Assembly (NCBI GenBank): GCA_964515455.1
Contig: CAZEUD010000002.1
Coordinates: 15,430 to 79,429, forward strand
Direction of reading: 5' to 3'
From: an uncultured Sangeribacter sp.
GTDB taxonomy: Bacteria > Bacteroidota > Bacteroidia > Bacteroidales > Muribaculaceae
Length of the DNA stretch: 64,000 nucleotides
How positions within the stretch are numbered: position 1 is the stretch's first letter; every line of letters starts with the position of its first letter. Below are positions 57,195-64,000 of the stretch, piece by piece. The notes beneath the pieces are model-generated. The model was not told the origin of the DNA. It was given only the letters and a program-made list of their open reading frames with translations, and did no database searches. The position numbers and the translations under genes are program-made.

Positions 57195-58883
57195 ATGAAG
57201 ATTCGAAAAAACATATACAGATATATTATGGTATGCGCTGCGGCGCTTGTGTCTATGCATGTTTCAGCACAGAACAAGACGGTGCTTGATTTGAAGACAA
57301 GTATCACAGACAATAATATAGTGTATCCCGAGAGCTTTGAGGTCAACACCCAAAAGATGCTTGAGGGATGGTATATGAAAAATTATATGGCCACCGACGA
57401 ACGTTATAAGCGGGAACAGGATACACGCAATGATGACAGGACAATAAGAGAGCGTCTTGCCAAATTGCCGGTAGCTATTGAGATGCCTTATAATCAAGTG
57501 GTCCGTTCATATATTGACCGATATACCCAGCGCGGCAGAGAGCAGGTGACAGTGCTTTTAGGTCTAAGTCATTATTATATGCCGATATTTGAGCAGGCGC
57601 TTGAAGCGAGGGGACTGCCGTTGGAATTGAAGTATTTGCCGGTAATAGAATCAGGGCTTGATCCAAATGCTGTGTCAAAACATGGTGCCGCAGGTCTGTG
57701 GCAATTCATGATAGCCACAGCAAAGGGGATGGGTCTTGAGGTTAACTCCCTTGTGGATGAACGCAGGGATCCCTATCTGTCATCCAAGATAGCGGCGCAA
57801 TATCTCAGTGATCTTTATGCCACATATAATGACTGGAGTCTTGCAATAGCGGCATATAACTGCGGTCCGGGAGCTGTAAACAAAGCCATCCGCAGGGCCG
57901 GAGGGGATCCCAAACAGCATGATTTTTGGTCAATATATGAATATCTCTCACCGGAGACGCGGGGTTATTTCCCAATGTTCATTGCAGCAAACTATGTGAT
58001 GAATTATTATCCGCAGCACAATATCAGTCCGGTGATTCCGACAAAGCCATTGATAACAGACACTCTTCATATAAGCAAAAGAATTCACTTCAACCAGATT
58101 TCAAGTGTGCTTGATATCCCTGTAGATGAGCTGAGAGTGTTGAATCCGCAGTTCAGGTCGGATGTGATACCGGGAAGCGTGGATCATCAATATACCCTTG
58201 TGTTGCCATCACAGCAGGTTCACGCCTACCTTATGAGTGAGTCCGCCATCAGGGCGCTGGATGCGGATAAATATGCGCACCGCGAAACTGTGGAGCCCGG
58301 AGATGCTCCTTTAATTGCAAGGGCTGATACTCCGGTGGCTGATACAAATCTTGAAGAAACAGCTGTTCCGGTGGCTGCTGCATCTGCATCGAAAGGGATA
58401 AGAACCGTTACCCATAAAGTGAAACCCGGAGAATCTTTGGCTTCGATTGCTCAGACTTATGGCGTGACCCCCGAGGAGATAAAGCAATGGAACAATCTGC
58501 GCCGGAATGCGGTAAGAACAGGGCAGATGCTTCGTATAAACACGGCTTCCACGGAGGGTACAGCTGAAACCTTGACAGCCGAGGCTGTTCCCGCAGCCTC
58601 CACACAAAGTTCACAACCGGCTTCAACGTCGGGCACTACAGCCAAGAAAACCGGAAGCACGACAACCAAGAAAGCAGCTGTTGCCACCACTCATAAGCTG
58701 AAGAGAGGAGAGACATTAAGCAGTCTGTCGAAGAAATATGGAGTAAGCATAGCCGAAATAAAGAAGGCCAATGGATTAACGTCAGACAATATCCGCGCCG
58801 GGGCAGTACTCAAAATTCCGGCAAAATCTTCGGCAAAGAAATCCACAGCTACCAAGTCTAAATCAAAGAAACGCCGCAGATAG
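57195..58883 (+). CDS. Membrane-bound lytic transglycosylase with two LysM domains (MltD-like)
   Basis: LPVIESGL, AAGLWQFM, AIAAYNCG, ETRGY; LysM repeats HKVKPGESL and HKLKRGETL. Confidence 0.92.
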   Translation: MKIRKNIYRYIMVCAAALVSMHVSAQNKTVLDLKTSITDNNIVYPESFEVNTQKMLEGWYMKNYMATDERYKREQDTRNDDRTIRERLAKLPVAIEMPYNQVVRSYIDRYTQRGREQVTVLLGLSHYYMPIFEQALEARGLPLELKYLPVIESGLDPNAVSKHGAAGLWQFMIATAKGMGLEVNSLVDERRDPYLSSKIAAQYLSDLYATYNDWSLAIAAYNCGPGAVNKAIRRAGGDPKQHDFWSIYEYLSPETRGYFPMFIAANYVMNYYPQHNISPVIPTKPLITDTLHISKRIHFNQISSVLDIPVDELRVLNPQFRSDVIPGSVDHQYTLVLPSQQVHAYLMSESAIRALDADKYAHRETVEPGDAPLIARADTPVADTNLEETAVPVAAASASKGIRTVTHKVKPGESLASIAQTYGVTPEEIKQWNNLRRNAVRTGQMLRINTASTEGTAETLTAEAVPAASTQSSQPASTSGTTAKKTGSTTTKKAAVATTHKLKRGETLSSLSKKYGVSIAEIKKANGLTSDNIRAGAVLKIPAKSSAKKSTATKSKSKKRRR

Positions 58884-58893
58884 CGTTTATGCA

Positions 58894-58926
58894 CCAATCC
58901 CCTGAACTATCAGTTCAGGGGATTGG
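58894..58926. terminator. Perfect 15-bp-stem palindrome between the convergent transglycosylase and yitT genes
   Basis: CCAATCCCCTGAACT-ATC-AGTTCAGGGGATTGG. Confidence 0.7.
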
Positions 58927-58930
58927 CGGC

Positions 58931-59863
58931 TTATTCGCGTTTCTTCATCTTAATCTTTACCTTGTCGAATCCCTTGCCATACACGCCATTTACAGCGCCT
59001 TGGGTTACAAAGGCATCTTCATCAATGCTTTTGATTATGCGGAAGATGGTGACGGATTCTATTTTACGACACCAGACCATAAGGATTTTAACATCATTCT
59101 TCGAATACCATCCTTGTCCCTCAATGATAGTGACGCCGCGGTGAGCCTTGGTGTTGACCATGTCCGCTATCTCTTTCCATTTGGAGGAGAAGATGAAGAA
59201 TTGTGTGGCCTGGCGGTTGGTATTGATAATCATATCAGTTACGTATGATACGATGAATGTTACGATAAGACCGTAAACTATTGTCGGGATTCGGGCTTCA
59301 ATACGTTGCTCTAATGTTCCTGCAAATGGAAGCAGTAAAGAGCAAGACACAATTATCATATCCACAAAAATCATGGTGCGTCCGAAGCTGACATTGCTTT
59401 TCTTGGTTACCATTGCCGCCACAATGTCTGTGCCTCCTGAAGAGCCGTTGTGTATGAAACATGTGCCAATGCCAATGCCGCAAATGATGCCACCGAGTAC
59501 AACACTTACCACTCTGTCCGGCACAAGAGGATGCCCTATACTCATGAATATATTTTCAAAGAATCCGATTGCAAGTGCAACAACAGTGACTCCGAACACG
59601 GTACGTTTCACGAATGTTTTGCCTACTATCTTGTATGCACCAGCAAGCAGGAAAAGGTTGACGCCATAAGAAGTGACGGCCACGGGAACAAGACCATTGG
59701 TGGCAAAATATATCAGGGTACCGATACCTGATACTCCGCCGATAACGACTTCATGCGGAAGTATGAACGCGCAGAAGCTGAATGCGTACAGGCCAAGACT
59801 GAGCACGATTGCAACATAGTCCTTTGCATTATTCATCAAGCTGTTATATTTATTTTTGCCCAT
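58931..59863 (-). CDS. YitT family membrane protein
   Basis: GGVSGIG, GSSGGTDIVA, RGVTIIEGQGWYS, DEDAFV. Confidence 0.92.
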   Translation of the reverse strand: MGKNKYNSLMNNAKDYVAIVLSLGLYAFSFCAFILPHEVVIGGVSGIGTLIYFATNGLVPVAVTSYGVNLFLLAGAYKIVGKTFVKRTVFGVTVVALAIGFFENIFMSIGHPLVPDRVVSVVLGGIICGIGIGTCFIHNGSSGGTDIVAAMVTKKSNVSFGRTMIFVDMIIVSCSLLLPFAGTLEQRIEARIPTIVYGLIVTFIVSYVTDMIINTNRQATQFFIFSSKWKEIADMVNTKAHRGVTIIEGQGWYSKNDVKILMVWCRKIESVTIFRIIKSIDEDAFVTQGAVNGVYGKGFDKVKIKMKKRE

Positions 59864-59904
59864 AGTATAAATATTTCAATGACTATTTGAGTTTTTTTTC
59901 GATG

Positions 59905-59942
59905 CAAAGGTAAGGAAAAATTCTTATTTTTTTATAAATTTG
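59905..59942. promoter_or_regulatory. Divergent -7 elements for yitT (minus, 59905-59912) and the beta-barrel gene (plus, 59935-59942)
   Basis: CAAAGGTA and TAAATTTG. Confidence 0.55.
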
Positions 59943-59995
59943 CAAGTAAATAAGGGAACAGATAAACTAATGTATAGCCCCATAATATTTAATAT

Positions 59996-60733
59996 ATGAA
60001 AAAAGCAGCAAAAATTTTTGGAATGGCAATTATAGCCGCAATGTCAGCTTCCTCATTGACCGCCACGGCAGCTGATTTCTTTTCAAAAGAGAAAACGGAT
60101 GATTTGTTCAATATAGGGGTGCGCATAGGTGTCAACACCTCCAACCGCACTGTAGGGGATGAGAACATCACGGGATATAATGTGCAGGGTTGGGGCACCG
60201 GATTTGACCTTGGCGTGGTTGCAGATTTGAATATACGAGATTATCTTTCGGTACAACCCGGTGTCTTTTTTGAATCCCGTTCAAACACATATACGTTTAT
60301 TTCACCAGTATTAACCGATGGCTCTGCAGGGTATGTCTCAAGTCAGGCGGGTACATTCAATTCGTATGCGTTGACAATCCCTGTTGTCGGCTCATTGCAT
60401 TTTAATGTTACCGATGATATTCGGTGGAATGTGGATTTCGGTCCTTATGTGTCGTTCATGTTTGGATCCAAACTTAAGAATAAGGTAAATTATTATACCC
60501 AGAACACAGGAGGAATTCCTTCAGCCGGTGCACAGTTTAATCAGAAGGCATCCCCCGTGGATTTCGGATTCAAATTCGGCACGGGACTGCAAATACTCAA
60601 ACATTATTCTTTAGGGGTACACTATATGGCAGGGGCTGTAAAGGCTTGGAAAGATGTGAAAACGGACTTTGGAAATTATTCATACAGGGGCAGAACCAAG
60701 GCCTGGGTGTTTACCGTAGGTTACGATTTCTGA
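59996..60733 (+). CDS. Outer-membrane beta-barrel (porin family) protein
   Basis: Signal peptide, GVRIGVNTS, LSVQPGVFF, DFGPY, terminal VGYDF. Confidence 0.85.
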   Translation: MKKAAKIFGMAIIAAMSASSLTATAADFFSKEKTDDLFNIGVRIGVNTSNRTVGDENITGYNVQGWGTGFDLGVVADLNIRDYLSVQPGVFFESRSNTYTFISPVLTDGSAGYVSSQAGTFNSYALTIPVVGSLHFNVTDDIRWNVDFGPYVSFMFGSKLKNKVNYYTQNTGGIPSAGAQFNQKASPVDFGFKFGTGLQILKHYSLGVHYMAGAVKAWKDVKTDFGNYSYRGRTKAWVFTVGYDF

Positions 60734-60745
60734 ATTATAGCTGCT

Positions 60746-61438
60746 TCATAGCGTTTCTTTCATACGCTTGTATACAAAAGATTTGCCGCGCGACATCTTA
60801 TTGCCGACCGGAGGGTTTATACCGGGCAGGTCTATGTTGGAGTGACCGGGAATCCATTTCACCACGCTGTCAATCCACTGAATCATCCCTTCGCGTGTGG
60901 GGTGAGGGTTCTTTGCACTCTGACGCTGCAACGAAAGTCCGGTGCTTCTGAAATATGATGAAGCACCAAGTTCATTTTCAAGCCAGTCGTTAAGAATTTG
61001 TCCTTTGTCTTCATGTCCGGGCCATGACGGAGGACCAACCCACAGCATAGGGCGATTCCCTATGGCGGTGCGTATTTTTGCTACAGGAGTCTTCAACTTT
61101 TGTTCCGGTCTGGTTTCGAAAAGCTCATTCATGCCAAGACTTATGAAAACGGCGTCAGGATCCTGGTTTTGTATGATGGATTCAAGTTTTGAGGAATTCC
61201 CCCATTTTGAGATTGTGGAGCCGTCCCAGACAATGGTCGACACGTCAAAACCATTCTCTTCGCCGTAGGCGTTGAGGCGTTCTGAGAGCCAGCCGGTCAT
61301 TGAGTCGCCTATAAAGAGTATCTTTTTCGCTGGATGGTGAATGTCGGGAGAGGAGCTGGTAAGGAACGCTGCCGCCTGGATTATCATTAAGCAAAGCACA
61401 ATGTAATATACAACGGGAAGAAGTTTGAATTTTTTCAT
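60746..61438 (-). CDS. SGNH/GDSL-like hydrolase family protein
   Basis: ILFIGDSM (block I), SLGMNE (block III), HPT (block V). Confidence 0.78.
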   Translation of the reverse strand: MKKFKLLPVVYYIVLCLMIIQAAAFLTSSSPDIHHPAKKILFIGDSMTGWLSERLNAYGEENGFDVSTIVWDGSTISKWGNSSKLESIIQNQDPDAVFISLGMNELFETRPEQKLKTPVAKIRTAIGNRPMLWVGPPSWPGHEDKGQILNDWLENELGASSYFRSTGLSLQRQSAKNPHPTREGMIQWIDSVVKWIPGHSNIDLPGINPPVGNKMSRGKSFVYKRMKETL

Positions 61439-61528
61439 ATCCGGATTCTAATTTTTAAACCGTACAACATATATAACAAAGTGGAGTGCAAAATTACTAT
61501 AAAATATGCGGAATAAAACAAATTTTCG

Positions 61529-61536
61529 TAATTTTG
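61529..61536 (+). promoter_or_regulatory. -7 element (TAATTTTG) for trpS
   Basis: TAnnTTTG match 19 nt before ATG 61555. Confidence 0.55.
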
Positions 61537-61554
61537 CGAAAAAGAAATCAAATA

Positions 61555-62619
61555 ATGGAAGCAAACAAGGATAAAAAAATAGTGCTTAGTGGCATTCGCG
61601 CCACCGGCAATCTCCACCTCGGAAATTATTATGGGGCTCTCTCTAAATTTGTGCGTATGCAGGATGATTTCGACTGCCGTTATTTTGTGGCTGACCTCCA
61701 TGCTATGACTACAGCTCCGGATCCTGATATCCTTCATGAGAATGTGAAGAGTATACTCGCCGAATATCTTGCGGCAGGTCTTGATCCGGAAAAGAATATA
61801 ATTTATGTGCAGAGTGATATTCCCGAGATTTCGGAGATGTACCTTCTGATGAATATGCACGTTGGAATCGGTGAACTTATGCGCACGGCATCTTTCAAGG
61901 ATAAAGCCCGCAAAGCGCTTGGAATCACTTCCGACAGCGATGATATAGAGAAGGAAATAATCGGCAACCAGACAAATCAAAGAGTAAATGCCGGTCTGCT
62001 CACATACCCTACACTAATGGCTGTGGATATCCTCATACATCATGCCGATTATGTGCCTGTAGGCAAGGATCAGGAGCAGCATCTTGAGCTTACACGCAGA
62101 TTCGCACGTCGGTTCAATTCCTTTTATAAGACGGAATACTTCGGAGAGCCGGTCAACTTCAATTTCGGAGGTCAGGCTGTGAAAGTGCCCGGCTTGGATG
62201 GTTCCGGCAAGATGGGAAAGAGCGAGGGTAACTGCATCTATCTTATAGATGATGAGAAGACATTGCGTAAGAAAGTGATGCGGGCAGTCACAGATGAAGG
62301 ACCCAAAGAACCGAATTCGGAGATGTCGGAGCCTGTGAAGAATCTGTTTACTCTTCTGGAATTGGTATCGGCGCCGGATGTTGTGACTCATTTCCGCGAT
62401 GCCTATGCTGATTGCTCCATCCGTTACGGTGATCTGAAGAAGCAGTTGGCGGAGGATATTCTGAAGGTTACATTGCCTATCAGGGAACGCATCCTTGACA
62501 TACGGAATAATGAGGAATATCTTTCAAAAGTAGTAAGGCAAGGGGCTGAAAGAACACGTGAATATGCCTCCAAAACGCTGAAGGATGTAAGGGAAATTAT
62601 GGGAATCCGCAAATTCTGA
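61555..62619 (+). CDS. trpS: Tryptophanyl-tRNA synthetase
   Basis: SGIRATGNLHLGNY (HIGH), ADLHA, VPVGKDQEQHLE, KMGKS (KMSKS); start ATG 61555. Confidence 0.97.
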   Translation: MEANKDKKIVLSGIRATGNLHLGNYYGALSKFVRMQDDFDCRYFVADLHAMTTAPDPDILHENVKSILAEYLAAGLDPEKNIIYVQSDIPEISEMYLLMNMHVGIGELMRTASFKDKARKALGITSDSDDIEKEIIGNQTNQRVNAGLLTYPTLMAVDILIHHADYVPVGKDQEQHLELTRRFARRFNSFYKTEYFGEPVNFNFGGQAVKVPGLDGSGKMGKSEGNCIYLIDDEKTLRKKVMRAVTDEGPKEPNSEMSEPVKNLFTLLELVSAPDVVTHFRDAYADCSIRYGDLKKQLAEDILKVTLPIRERILDIRNNEEYLSKVVRQGAERTREYASKTLKDVREIMGIRKF

Positions 62620-62676
62620 GCCGCAGGAAGAGATACTTGAAAACAACTTGAATATTATATGTTGGGGGTTGACTGA

Positions 62677-63903
62677 ATGGTACTGAACTGGATCTGGATA
62701 TCGTTTTTTATGATAGCCTTTCTGATGGCTGCAGGGCGCAGTATTTGGGGAGGGGAATTGCAGGTTTGGAGCGATATCATGAATGCATCCTTCGACCAGG
62801 CCGCTTTTGCATTTGAAATCTCTCTGGGACTTACAGGAGTGCTGACCTTATGGTTGGGCATAATGAAAATCGGAGAGAGAGCAGGGGTGGTGGAATTTTT
62901 CGGAAGATTGATAAGTCCTTTTTTCTCACGCTTGTTTCCCGGCATTCCCAAAGGACATCCGGCTATGGGTGCCATTTTTATGAATATTTCCGCCAATATG
63001 CTCGGATTGGATAATGCGGCAACCCCCATGGGATTGAAGGCTATGCAGGAAATGCAGAGTCTCAACGATAAGAAAGACACTGCTACGGATGCGATGATAA
63101 TGTTTCTTGTGCTCAACAGTTCCGGTCTGTGCCTAATTCCCATCAGCATAATGATGTATAGAGCGCAGGGAGGGGCATCGAATCCCACAGACATATTCAT
63201 CCCCATACTCATAGCCACTGCAATCGCTACTATAGTAGGGTTGACAGCATTGTGTATAAAACAGAGAATCAGAATCGACAAGGTGCTTCTTGGCTGGCTT
63301 GCAGGGATAGCTGTAATAGTGGCGGGAATCACATGGTTTTTTGCGAGCCTTCCTGCTGACAAGGTGCAGATATACAGCACATTCGGAGCCAATCTTATAC
63401 TTTTTTGTGTAATTATCTGTTTTCTGATTGCCGGTATTCGCCGGAAATTGCGTGTATATGATGTTTTCATCGAGGGAGCTAAGGAAGGTTTCAAGACAGC
63501 TGTGATGATAATTCCATATCTTGTGGCCATACTGGTGGCTATCGGTATGTTCAGAGCATCCGGCGCGTTGGATATATTCACCGGATGGGTGGAAAATATG
63601 GTGGCATGGATGGGTTTTGACACGCAATGGGTTGGAGCATTGCCAACGATGCTGATGAAACCGCTTAGCGGCAGTGGCAGCTGTGCGATGATGCTTGATG
63701 TTATGAAAACACACGGAGCAGATGCATTTGTCAGCAAGTTGGCGGCAACGGTGCGAGGCAGCACAGATACCACCTTCTATATTTTGGCGGTATATTTCGG
63801 TTCGGTAGGAGTCTCAAAAACGCGCTATGCTGCCGGCTACGCACTCCTCGCCGACATTACCGGCGCCATCGCAGCCATCTTCATCGCCTATCTGTTCTTT
63901 TAA
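62677..63903 (+). CDS. Fused SpmA/SpmB nucleoside-recognition (gate) domain membrane protein
   Basis: MVLNWIW, ANMLGLDNAATPMG, KPLSGSG, STDTTFYILAVYFG. Confidence 0.9.
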   Translation: MVLNWIWISFFMIAFLMAAGRSIWGGELQVWSDIMNASFDQAAFAFEISLGLTGVLTLWLGIMKIGERAGVVEFFGRLISPFFSRLFPGIPKGHPAMGAIFMNISANMLGLDNAATPMGLKAMQEMQSLNDKKDTATDAMIMFLVLNSSGLCLIPISIMMYRAQGGASNPTDIFIPILIATAIATIVGLTALCIKQRIRIDKVLLGWLAGIAVIVAGITWFFASLPADKVQIYSTFGANLILFCVIICFLIAGIRRKLRVYDVFIEGAKEGFKTAVMIIPYLVAILVAIGMFRASGALDIFTGWVENMVAWMGFDTQWVGALPTMLMKPLSGSGSCAMMLDVMKTHGADAFVSKLAATVRGSTDTTFYILAVYFGSVGVSKTRYAAGYALLADITGAIAAIFIAYLFF

Positions 63904-64000
63904 TCCCTGCATCGGCAAGTAGTGGGTGATTTTCGATGAAAATAAAAACGCACACAGACAGCACGCAAAAAACACTTAAATAACAATAATATCAGCATAA

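Noticed and set aside
62655-63773. 372-aa antisense ORF
   Set aside because: It is the shadow of the well-supported SpmAB gene and has no recognisable motifs.
1-64000. CRISPR array, IS transposase, prophage or known anti-phage system
   Set aside because: I saw no regularly spaced repeats and no transposase, phage structural or defence-family motifs.

Overview
A 64 kb chromosomal segment from a Bacteroidales bacterium. Protein sequences, TAnnTTTG promoters and type IX secretion (T9SS) genes suggest a Muribaculaceae-like gut organism; this taxonomy is an inference. The window is densely coding and mostly housekeeping: dapB, lepB, frr, pyrH, lysS, pgi, rnpA/yidD, meaB, gmd, aroK, phoH, sufB, a GH2-galK-galM operon, xerD, parAB, trpS and tRNA-Ser(GCT). 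I found no CRISPR array, IS transposase, prophage or recognisable defence island. The strongest leads concern the cell envelope. (1) A GT4-gmd-DUF2723 operon is a candidate protein O-glycosylation locus. (2) An AT-rich cassette directly behind tRNA-Ser holds a compositionally mosaic PorZ-like gene and a fucosyltransferase-fold gene. (3) A porW-porX-Sel1 cluster. (4) An alanine-dehydrogenase homologue that has lost its catalytic residues. (5) A dispanin (CD225)/DUF2752 gene pair. (6) A TolC-HlyD-two-permease exporter with no dedicated ATPase. (7) A scar at 41.5-41.9 kb holding a sulfatase 3' remnant and an AAA-ATPase 5' remnant whose promoter now appears to serve a beta-barrel gene. Family assignments come from motif recognition by eye, not database searches. 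GC values are hand counts on individual 60-nt lines.
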